A DNA stretch of 64,000 nucleotides, from contig NC_043000.1 of assembly GCF_006345805.1 (NCBI RefSeq), forward strand, positions 89,032,001-89,096,000. Reading direction: 5' to 3'. Below are positions 13,405-24,197 of the stretch, piece after piece. Under the pieces are notes generated by a model that was not told the origin of the DNA, made no database searches, and saw nothing but the letters and a program-made list of their open reading frames with translations. Within the stretch, counting starts at the first letter, position 1. Each line of letters starts with the position of its first letter. Made by a program: the position numbers and the translations under genes. This DNA comes from Octopus sinensis (lineage: Eukaryota).

Positions 13405-13636
13405 TATTTCTTTACTACCCACAAGGGGCTAAACACACAGGGGACAAACAAGGACAGACAAATGGATTAAGTCGTTTACATCAACCCCAGTGCGTAACTG
13501 GTACTTATTTAATCGACCCTGAAAGGATGAAAGGCAAAGTTGACCTCGGTGGAATTTGAACTCAGAACGTAGCGACAGATGAAATACCATTTAGCGTTTT
13601 GTCCAGCATGCTAACGTTTCAGCCAGCTCGCCACCT
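13405..13636 (-). mobile_element. SINE family B monomer with 10-bp TSD
   Basis: TGATATTACC at 13395-13404 and 13637-13646. Confidence 0.85.
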
Positions 13637-14086
13637 TGATATTACCCATAGCAGAAAACACTGTTGTTATTACAATTTCTTGCTTAGAATTTCAATGGAT
13701 GAGAACAGTCAATTCAGTACATGATTAGTAATTTATCTTATTGATAAAATATCGATGAAGAATTATGAAGTTGACCTTGCCAGAAGACAATGTACAGGAC
13801 CATAACTTAATAGAAAATTCAATCACCTCTCATCATCATCATCATCCTCATTTAAAGTCCATTTTCCATGCTAGCATGGGTTGTACGATTTTGACTGAGG
13901 GCTGGCAACCAGATGGCTGCACCAGGCTCCAGTCTTGATCTGGCAGTGTTTCTATGGCTGGATGCCCTTCCTAATGCCAACCACTCTGAGAGTGTAGTGG
14001 GTGCTTTTTACGTGCCACCATAATATTAAAAACAATAATAAGTCTTAAGTTTGATGAGTTTATAGTTCTAAATCCTCTATTTGCAG

Positions 14087-14369
14087 AATTAATACAACTG
14101 CACAAACAGAATGAAATGCTACGTGAAAAAATTAATTCTCTGCTGACACTGAAGGACGAAACAGCAGTGAGGAAAGACAACCTGATAGATGAAATAAAAG
14201 AAATGTATGGAAAATATCGGGACACATTTGATTCTTGCAGACTAATGATGAGAGATATCAAAATGCTGGAAGCAAAAAGTGACCCACTCGTGGAAGTAGA
14301 TGCTGACGTAGAAATGCCAGAGAAGGCGGAACCTGAAGAAGATATTAAAACTTTGAAAATCATCCTAAG
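14087..14369 (+). CDS. TSNAXIP1: Internal exon of TSNAXIP1-like coiled-coil gene (..ELIQLHKQNEMLREKINSLL..EMYGKYRDTFDSCRLMMRDIKML..EEDIKTLKIILR)
   Basis: ttgcag acceptor, AG|gtaagc donor (phase 2), open frame. Aligns by eye to remembered human TSNAXIP1 'EEYLHYLSERDACKILIADLNEL..EDPVKLTLALK'. Symbol from recalled sequence, not a database search. Confidence 0.8.
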
Positions 14370-14634
14370 GTAAGCATTATTGTTATTCTTTAATAATAGT
14401 TACCATTCTTTTATTCTTTTACACGTTTCAATCATTTGATTGAGGTCATGCTGGAGCACTGCCTTGAAGGGTTCTAGTCAAAGAATTTGTCCTCAGGACA
14501 TCTTTTTTGTAAGCCTGGTACTTAATCTTTTTATCACTTTTCCCAAACTGCTAAGTTACAGGGAAATAAACACACCAAAATCAGTCAGCTAGTGATGGTG
14601 ATGGGGACAAACACAGACACAATAACACCCAACC

Positions 14635-14679
<45 letters not shown>

Positions 14680-14688
<9 letters not shown>

Positions 14689-14789
14689 GGAGCTTCTACA
14701 GGACTAGAACTGTTTCATTCAAGAGAAGATTTCCTGAAGATTTCTCTTGAATGAAACAGTTCTAGTCCTGTAGAAGCTCCTTCTATATA
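14680..14789. repeat. Perfect 48-bp-arm inverted repeat, 14-nt loop
   Basis: 14680-14727 is the exact reverse complement of 14742-14789; abuts a (TA)n run. Confidence 0.95.
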
Positions 14790-15611
14790 ATAAATTAATT
14801 TTACTCTGCTATGTATTGGGTACCTTATTTACTGTGGTTAACCCCGAATCAACCCGGGACCTACATATATATATATATATATATATTATTTATTTGAGAA
14901 CATACTCTTTGTGGAGAATGGCGATTTGACATCTATATCTAGCATGTTGATTCTCCACTTTTCGTGTTCAGTCCTTAATTGGTATATAAAAATATTTTAA
15001 TCTTCGGATTCTTTTTAATATGCTAGACCACTGGTTTTAATTGACTAATATCAATTTCTACCCTTAATTAATTTTATATATCATATCTTCTCCACTACGA
15101 TTCCCTAAAACTTGAAAACTACACAACCAATTTCATTCAAATTTTACACATGCCTTACTTAGGGTCCATGTAGTTTCATGGGCAAAAAGAATGTTCAACT
15201 TCATGCCTAGAGCAATCCCATAGCAATATCATATCTTCTCCACTATTTCAGTATTACATGTTAAAAGTGAAACAAAAACATTTCTCGATTTTATGTCAGA
15301 TACTTTCACTTTAACAATAAAAATAATAATAACAATTGAATTATATGTAGTAAGTAATAATTAAAATCAAACTAAAGTATAATATAATCGTAACATAACA
15401 AAAGTAAAAATAACAGTTGGTATAAAATTGCATCAATGATTTGAACTTGAATGAGTGGTTTCACATGAATGGGAATAAATTAAAAATAAAATTAGCATGC
15501 AGAAATGGAATAGTCTAGATGGATAATAAAAAATTAAATTAAAGAAAAGACTATTGTCTATAAAGTATGCAATGTAGAGAAAAAAGAAGATTTGAACACC
15601 TGGAGGAAAGC

Positions 15612-17500
15612 TATCCACGTGTGTTGTGAGTTATTTTGTATGTGAAAATTGGAAAAAAAACTGTTAAAAATTGTCAAAAAATTGAATCGCGCGAGGCGTT
15701 TGCCGCTACGTGTTTGAACCTTTTGTGGAGGGTGTGTCGACCCTCAAGTCATGGAGACTTACGCAGGGGTCGCCACAACAAAAAGTGACGAGTCTCTTAG
15801 AATAAAAGAAGTGTTCTTTAGAAAAGAACAATTGAAGGAATACGAGAAGTTCGTCAAAAGGGAGGGTGACAGCGTGAAGCTGGTCCCGCCTGTGGAAACA
15901 ATAGAAGAGAAAAATAACAAGACGATAACGTATAGAACGCAAGATAGAAACACGAGAAAACTGGTGAGAGTGACGATTGAAGAAATAGAGAAATGTCTGG
16001 GGGACATCATGAAAAAAGCGACTTTTGTAGACAGAGGAAAGAAATATGGTACGGTGGAGGTGAGATGCACAACAAAGGAAGTGGCGGCCTCATTGGCTTC
16101 CACTGTCCTGAAAGCGGAAAATTTCACCATGTGGCCGACGTATAAAGGAAGACGAGGGGTACGGGTAAGAGTCCCAAAGGTGCCCCCAGATATTAAAACA
16201 GAAATGCTGGTAACAGCCATTATTGGGGCAGCAAAAGAGGAAGTAGAAATAGGGTCAATTAGGGACGAACGTTGTAAATTGGAAGGGATTCGGAGTAGAG
16301 TTGTGGCTGATGGCCACAATGGAAGACATCGAAAGATTTCCCTTCCAAATAGAAATAGAAAACGAGAAAACAATTAGTGTAATAGTGGAAGGCAGAAAAC
16401 CGAATTGCTACCTGTGTGGATCAAGAGGGCACATAAAAAAGGAATGTCCACTGTATGAATTCACAGCGGAGCAAAAAAGACACAAAGTGGAGAGAAGGAA
16501 AACGAACACGAAGGAAAGAACAGCGAAAACAAGGAAAAGGAAATAACGGAGAAACAACAAGAGAAGGGAAGTAACAGCGCACTGAAGGAAAATGAAAACA
16601 AAGGGAAGAAGATAGTAGAAAAGGAGCAAATTCACAGGGTGCAGAAGTAGTGGAGAAGGAGCCAAGGCAGAAGCAAGAGAAAGAAAAGGAAAGTACATTA
16701 AAGGGAAGAGAAAAAGTAGGAAAAGAACAAGAGAAGGAACAGAACCAAGAGAAAGGAAAAGATGGTATGCAAAAAGGAAAAGAAACAACAGGAATGGAAC
16801 TTAAGGCACAGGGTAGAGAGACGGCAGACAAAGAGCCAAAAAGACAAGAGAAGGAAAAAGAAAGAAGAGAAACCGAGGGAGGAGAAAAAAGAGGAAGTAA
16901 GTCCTAAGAGAAAAACTAGAGAAAACGTAGGTACGAATAGAAAATTCAAATACTATGGAACGTTGATCCATCACAGGCACTGTGAGGAGATGGAAGATTT
17001 AATAAGCGTAACAAACGGATATACGTGGGTCAGGATGGGCACCGAATGGAAAGAAACAGGTGCACTCGTCCACGAGAACAACGCCGAGGCGTTCATCGAG
17101 GCAGCTGGCAAGAACGTGTTAAAACATATGAAATGCCGACTTACAAGGTGGCCTCGAACGATGGAAGTTTACTCAGATTTGGTAGACATAATGGAGTATA
17201 TATAAAAGAAAAGGTATTGTGAAAACTTTAATTTGGAAATGATGAAAAGAACTTTAAATTCTGAAAAAAAAAAAGAAATGTTGAACTTTGTAAAACTTTT
17301 GAAATGTATGTTGAAAATGTATAAAATGTTTTATTTGGAAAATATTGTTGACGAATAAAAAATAAATGACGAAATGTAACCGCTCGATTTCGGGGATCGA
17401 GTAGGCATTGCACCACATTGTACAAACTTCATAATTCATTATTCATTTTCCCGATTGTATTGTCCCATCTATGTAGCCCCTAGTGGGTAATAATAAAACA
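15612..17500 (+). mobile_element. ORF1-only (RT-less) non-LTR-type retroelement with 14-bp TSD
   Basis: ACCTGGAGGAAAGC at 15598-15611 and 17501-17514; 3' tail TGTAGCCCCTAGTGGGTAATAATAAAA; no EN or RT coding sequence between the TSDs. Confidence 0.75.
15751..17205 (+). pseudogene. Frameshifted gag/ORF1-like gene: N-terminal nucleic-acid-binding-like domain, CCHC knuckle CYLCGSRGHIKKECP, K/E-rich linker, C-terminal globular segment
   Basis: ORFs 15751-16377, 16301-16546, 16650-16907 and 16762-17205 join through frameshifts at about 16262 (AGGG) and in purine runs. C-x2-C-x4-H-x4-C is the L1/Tx1-type ORF1 and gag knuckle. Confidence 0.8.
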
Positions 17501-17949
17501 ACCTGGAGGAAAGCACCATCGAAAAGTGTCTTGGTGCGACTATGAAAGATATCTAACCAGAGGCGATAAATTCGCCACAATAGAAGCAAGGTTCGAGTCA
17601 ACGGAGTGTGCAAGAGAGTACACAATTCGAACTTGCAAAATGGAAATATTTAATTTTTACCTTTATATCTGGGACGTAGGACGTGCCGGATAAAAATTAA
17701 AAATGCCTTCCTCCCAGAAGTTGAGGTAGGCTGGATTGTAGCCATACTTCTATACAAGAGGGAGGACAAGATACAATTGATCGGGCTAATAATTCCAGTC
17801 TGTTATATATTTTGAGCATTGCTATCACTAGCGTTATCAAGATATAACTTTGTATTTTGTATTTTAGGCGTAGACGTATATATATATATATATATAATAT
17901 ATATATATATGTACATGTAATATGTACACATATATATATATATGACTGC

Positions 17950-17991
17950 GCTACATTGACAAGGGGCAATACCCCGAAACGCGTCTGTAGC
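17950..17991 (+). ncRNA. Minimal type I hammerhead ribozyme motif (PLE pLTR type), U3-A8 core variant
   Basis: Stem I GCTACA/TGTAGC; core TTGACAA; stem II GGGG-CAATA-CCCC; GAAA; palindromic stem III ACGCGT; GTC cleavage triplet (after 17985). Confidence 0.75.
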
Positions 17992-18220
17992 TGTCGGACT
18001 GGCAGTGTGAAGCGGCTGACCTCCCTTGTTCGAAGGTTATAATGGATACAGATCGTGTATCAATAGCTATCTTGACGGTGGTGACCTCATGGAGCTGACC
18101 ATGGCAGCGATTATTCTTATATCTATAAGCATGTCATATTAATATGGCGATAACAATTAATTTCCAGTAAACGCTGCCATAATCTCTTTTATAGAGACTT
18201 AGTAATTTTAATATTTCTAT

Positions 18221-18271
<51 letters not shown>

Positions 18272-18274
<3 letters not shown>

Positions 18275-18912
18275 TAAGAACTCTTGGATGGAAATTTGTA
18301 AATTCTTTAATGCATTGCTATGAATGTTTCCACAAATCTCGTGCTTTAGCTGTTGTATTTCCCATCCACTGGATATTTACAAATATGATTTGCAAAATTC
18401 ATGGATTCTAAGGGAAATATTAATACATGCCTGAAGAAAAAATAGGCAAAGTTACATTGGTGTCCTGGCTGTATCAGATGTTTTGCTAAGGGATATTTCC
18501 CAACTTACACCAATCAGAATGATCTATGGATTGTTGTTGACTAGTTTCACTTATCATACAGATATATACATATATAAACATTATGGAAGGGTGTATATAT
18601 ATATCAGTCTGTATGGTATGTCAAAATAGTCACAGCAACTGCTCATAGACCCCAAAGATCCTTCTGATTGGTGTAAATTGGTAAATATCTCATAGCTAAA
18701 CATTCGATACAGTCAGAACACTAATGCAACTTTTGCCTGAAGAAACAAACGTATGTATTAATATTCCCCATAGAATCCATGGATTTTGCAAATAATATTT
18801 GTAATATGCTGTGGATGGGGAATACTATAGCTAAAGTATTAGGTTTGTGGAAATATATGTATGCAATGCATTAAAGGAGTTTAGAATTTCCATCCAAAAT
18901 TCTTGTTATTAC
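18272..18912. mobile_element. Old foldback/MITE-like element with long diverged inverted arms
   Basis: e.g. TTGGATGGAAATT / AATTTCCATCCAA, TTACACCAATCAGAA / TTCTGATTGGTGTAA, GGGAAATATTAATACAT / ATGTATTAATATTCCC. Confidence 0.75.
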
Positions 18913-19449
18913 TACGTTCATCCTATGCTACCAGACTAATAACTATCCCATAAAATTACTCTGGAAGATTGGAACAGTAAGCGGTAACTGGAATAAATAA
19001 CGTAAGACCCTTTTATGAGCACACTCAAAAATGTTTCACCTAAATGGACTTAAAGAATGTCTGTGTGTATGTGTGACCAATAGTATTAGTTAGAATGTGT
19101 ATTCAATGCTGTGTTATGAGGATAAATATTACTTAATTGTGGATGAATAATGCTATCAATAGATTAATGTGTTAAAAATAATATTAATTCAACCTTAGAT
19201 CTAATAGCTTCCAACATAAATTAAATGTATTTCTCAAACCTTTTAAGAACTCTATAAATGAATTAGTAAAAGAAGATAAAATGGAAAGTATTTATGAGGT
19301 AGATAACCACACATGTAATAAATTACTAATTGATAACTCAACAAAAACATATAAAAAGGGATAAACTCTAGGGCCTATAATTTAATCAAGAATTAGGCAA
19401 AATAAATTAGATACAAAATTTAACATTGTAAATAGAGTAAAACAACTCA

Positions 19450-19845
19450 TCCCATGAAAACCTTTTGTAACACTAAAAGACCACATAGATAATTTCATGC
19501 AAAACCCTAGCTACATGTAGAATGATAAATCCCACAAAAAGCTATGTAGGCATAATCAACAAATTTATGCCAGTTATGATCATACAACTCTTCATAGCCT
19601 TTCCAAACCTCACCCAGTGGATATGTAGCAGCACAATCATTGAATGGATTAAAAATATTAAAGATACAGTCAAATGCAAATTTATCCAGTTTGACATCAT
19701 GGACTTTTACTCCTCAATCTCCAGAAATTATCTCCAACAGACACTCAAGTTCAGTAAAGTATATACAAGTATGACTATTATGGATATAACCCTTATAATG
19801 ATTCCAAAGAAACCATTGCTTTTTCAATACAATCAATATCTATAA
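19450..19845 (+). mobile_element. Penelope-like reverse transcriptase remnant
   Basis: FVTLKDHIDNF..NP..CRMINPTKSYVG and CKFIQFDIMDFYSSIS are PLE RT motifs; disrupted. Confidence 0.85.
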
Positions 19846-20326
19846 AGCGGAAATGCGAAAAAGTTGTTTTATTTCTTGGTTATTTGTCTTATTTTGGGAT
19901 GGGAGCGGTTTAAGGGGTGGTAGATGGGTTTGGATTGGCGCCAAAATTTACACTGGAGGGTAAAATGGGGTGGGCAATGGTGTGAGGAGGGTTGCAAGTC
20001 ACTCGGGGCTACTGTTTGGTTGCCATAGGGAGGAATATGGGAAAAATTGAGTTTTATGGGATTGACAGGTTGCACTGTTTGAATAATGGTGGATTTTTGT
20101 GTTGCTGCAGGGGCTAGAGGTGGTTATCTTTAATTGTGGGTGTAAAAATTGGGGGGATTTTGGAAAGGGGGTAAAGAAGAGGGCAATAAAAAGAACCAGG
20201 CAAAGAAGACGAACAAAAGAAGAAAGGGAAAAGGAGACAACATGCACAAAACAACACCACCACCAATATATTTATCTTTATATTCATACATATGTACATA
20301 CACATATATGTGTGTGTGTGTGTATG

Positions 20327-20394
<68 letters not shown>

Positions 20395-23105
20395 AACTTA
20401 TATTTTAAAAATTAGAGTAAATTTTTTAATTTATCAAAATTTTATGATTTTAAAAGTATCTTGTAATGTACTGTAATTATATTCTTTCTATCATAGTTCA
20501 ATATTGACAATCCTCAAAGAATTCTAATGCTATGTTTAATTAGCTATGTTACATATGTAATTACCAGTTTCAACAATTTTTACTTTCATTGAACTAGTTT
20601 TCCAATATCTTTTGGAAAAAATATCAATTATATTTTTTAAACCTCAGGAAAGCATCATCCAATGATAAATTCAATTCAAGCATACTTTCTGCATTCTTAT
20701 GAATATACGCATATGTGAAAATGTTTTGTTATGCATAGAAACACAATGTCTTATTTCATTGAAAATCTTACATAAAAATTACAGAAACAAAATAAGTGTT
20801 ATAACTGTTTTCTTTTGAAATAATAGAACATGTCTTTACACAAACAGAATTCTCCAGCACCTCAATGACTGAAATGTATGATATAAGAAAAGTTTATAGA
20901 ATTTTTTTCTAGTCTTTATTATTAGTCTTGTTTATTATTTAGTCTTGTTTTCTTTCATAATATTAAATATAACAAAAGGCTTTCGAAGAAATTATAGCTT
21001 TCATTCATTTCAAGTTTTTCTCATATTTTAACTGATGACTTTCACATCATTCCAATCAACTGGATTGCTGCTAGTATTCTACTTATAGTAGAAAAAAATA
21101 TTATAAATACATCTGGAATAGCAGCAAAAAAGTTTATACAGCAATTTGCAATGCTTTTTGTTCTTCTATGTTTTGTGTTAAAATATTCCATCAGTGTTGC
21201 CTTGGATTGATAGCATAATTTTAAACACTTTCTGTTGATTGTACCATTTCTACAAAAAATACACTTCTGTAAAACTAGATATCTCCTACAAACAGGGCTA
21301 TCTGAGCAACAATACTGGGCCCCAGGATTATCAAAGTACTGGGGCCTATAGTATTTATTGACAGCAAGCCACAACATACGTAGATCAGAACAGGGCCCTT
21401 AGTCTCATTGTGGTAGTGGGTGAAATGTGCAGTTATTATTTTTGGGGGGCACTAAGATTTTTCTTCCATTACGTAGCCCATATGTAACGCTTTCACATGA
21501 TTAGTTGAAGAGAAAGGCAAAGAGCAGGAGAAAAAGGGAGAGAAAGAAAAAGGGGGAGAAAGAGAAAAGGTGGGTGGAAAAGAAGTTAAGGCGGTGAGTG
21601 AGAGAGATTAAGGGAGAATGCTGTGTATTAAGTTGATAAAATTGTGCATAAAATATATAAGGTGAATATATAAAATGCATTAAGTAATCATCGTATTCCA
21701 GTTTCCTTCACTTTACAATGAGAAGCAGATGAGTGACTATCTTTTGATACAGACACAACAGAGGCTACACTTTGAGAGTTTTGGGATAAAGTTTTTAGAA
21801 ATAACCCAATAAGTTTACCATTAATTCTGTGAAATATTCATGGGTCTTACTAGTTATTATTATTTAACTTCTGTCTTCCATGCTGGTATTGATTTATCAT
21901 CCTTGTCAAAACTAATGTGGTTACAAGCCACGTCATCAGGGTAGTTAACCAAAGAAGCATTCTACTGTCCACCATGACTGATGTACAATGAGCAAAACCA
22001 TTTCTCAAAAATGAGATAAAATATAGAATTCTGAAAAATCTTGTCTTTATTATAGAGCAAGATATGATTGTGTAGAGTTTGTCAACAAACTTTTCGTTAA
22101 AGCATCAATCATGCTGAGTAAAGAATAACGAACATAATTGTAAACAAGTACTAAATTTACTCTGCTGTCTAAAGATTTTGCATTAAAATTTGTTGGGTCA
22201 GACTACATCATTAATTTCTTCAGATTCTACTGTTTTACTCTCAAAAGAAGCATCCTTGTTGGTTAAGTTAGCTACTTTATCAATCCATTGTGATAGTGTT
22301 GGTTGTAGTAGCAGTTATTACAGTTGAGAGAGAGAGAGAGAGAGAGAGAGGTAAACACAGAGACAGGTAGACAGATGGACAAAATGACAAACAGACTGAT
22401 ATAAGGGGGGGTATTCAATTAAATGATGTCATCATAATATGGCTGTTTACTGCTTCCAATAAGAAAGAGCGGAAAACTAATTATCCCAGTGAAGTTTGAA
22501 TTTGAAGTTGTAAGAGTCTGTATGTCTTAAAACTGTCTTGATTGGCTAGTTATTGTCTGTACCAACTCCAAGAAGCAAAAGATATTGAAGTAGATCAAGA
22601 AAGGTAATGAAAAGGGTAAAGAAGTGAAGAACTGTAGGAAAATGAAAATTAATGGGAGACGAGAAGAAAATGGAATGAACTTAGATAAAGAAAGAGGAGA
22701 AAACAGAATCAGGATAGCAACAAGATGAGAAATGAAGAACAGGATCAAGAAGTAAAGAAAGAGCTTACAAAGAGGAGCAGAGAATATAATGTAGACTCAC
22801 AGATATAGATAAACTGCATCTTGTCGATATTGACTACAGTGTCACAGAGAAATTGAAGTGTCTCAAGAATTGGTTTTTCCAAAACTAGTCTAGGGATACT
22901 TCATAGTAAAATCCATATCGGTGTTTACGTGCTTAGAAACTGAAGATTGTTTGGAGAGGTCAAAAAGATTTCAGGATTGACAATATGAGTAGATGGGACT
23001 AGCTTAGAATTCTTTTGCATATGGAATAGTGATATAAGTCACCACTTACAATAAATACATAATGTGTGTATTTGTGTGTGTATTGTGTATATTTATATAT
23101 ATAAT

Positions 23106-23146
<41 letters not shown>

Positions 23147-23639
23147 GTATATGTATGCATATAAATATATATATATATATATATATTTAAAATGGCATAG
23201 TTTTTTGGTGTTTTACTTGTTTCAGTCATGTGACTACAGCCATGCTGGAGCACTGCCATTGGTCGAACAAATCAACCACAAGATTTATTCTTTGTAAGCC
23301 TAGTACTTATTCTATCCGTGTCTTTTACCGAACCGCTAATATATGGGAATATAAACACAGCAACATCGGTTGGCAAGTAATGGTGGGGGTAGAAACACAC
23401 ACACACACACATACACATACAATAGCCTTCTTTCAGTTTCCATATACAAAATTCACTCACAAGGCTTTGGTTGGCCTGAGGCTATAATATATATATATAT
23501 TTAGAGTGTTTTGGAAATTCCTTGATACAGTTATGATATTTGAAGTGAAGATTTTTTTCTCAAAGAGTTAAGATTGAGAAAAGAACCTTTTTAGAAAGTC
23601 GAAAGGCACTAACCTTTGGGAAGAGATTTCACAAACTGT

Positions 23640-23850
23640 GTGTGGGCTTCGCTTTTATAGATGTGCAAGTGCTTTCAAATCTTAAGAAACCTCTAATCAA
23701 AGCAAGATTTGCATCAGAGGAAGAAATGATGCAAGTTACCAAATGTGGAGACCCCCAATGTGGAACATGTGATTTAATAGAACAGGGACCAACCAAAAAA
23801 TTCAAGAATGGGAAAGAATTGAAGGTGAATACAAATATGAACCCCCCTTT
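23640..23850 (+). mobile_element. Penelope-like RT-EN linker remnant
   Basis: NLKKPLIKARF..VTKCGDPQCGTCDLIEQG..F..G..L.VNTNM: Cys-rich linker that precedes GIY-YIG in PLEs. Confidence 0.75.
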
Positions 23851-24166
23851 CACATACACACATATATTCACACAGAGTTGAAACACTGACTGATTTATTT
23901 TTTCAGCCTACAATTTTCATCATCCCACTACCAAGTATGACATCACCCCTTCCTCCCTTATTCATCTATCACTCCTTCCTTTCTCACTCAAAAACACAAG
24001 AGTATTATTATAGTAGATTATCTCGCTAACCATGGGAGCTATGAAAAAATACAAAGCCCATCATCACCACCAGATCATTCTACACATCTGTGTAATTTTT
24101 CGTGCAATTTCACCCAGCCATTTGACTGTGAATCTCAAGTTAAGAAAGAATTGCCCATGTCAAATT

Positions 24167-24196
<30 letters not shown>

Positions 24197-24197
<1 letters not shown>

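Larger units (their letters stand above)
15101..17942 (+). mobile_element. Non-autonomous Helitron-family copy A (termini lost), carrying nested insertions
   Basis: 15101-15523 matches 24244-24663 and 17733-17942 matches 25094-25300 of the complete Helitron copy B. Confidence 0.75.

Noticed and set aside
15759-16949. Long minus-strand ORFs (204, 126, 136 aa)
   Set aside because: Antisense shadows of the purine-rich ORF1-like gene.
19860-20260. G-rich segment with minus-strand ORFs, possibly PLE-derived
   Set aside because: No diagnostic motif could be read.
21042-21377. 111-aa Cys-rich minus ORF, possible transposase tail
   Set aside because: No hAT or piggyBac motif confirmed.
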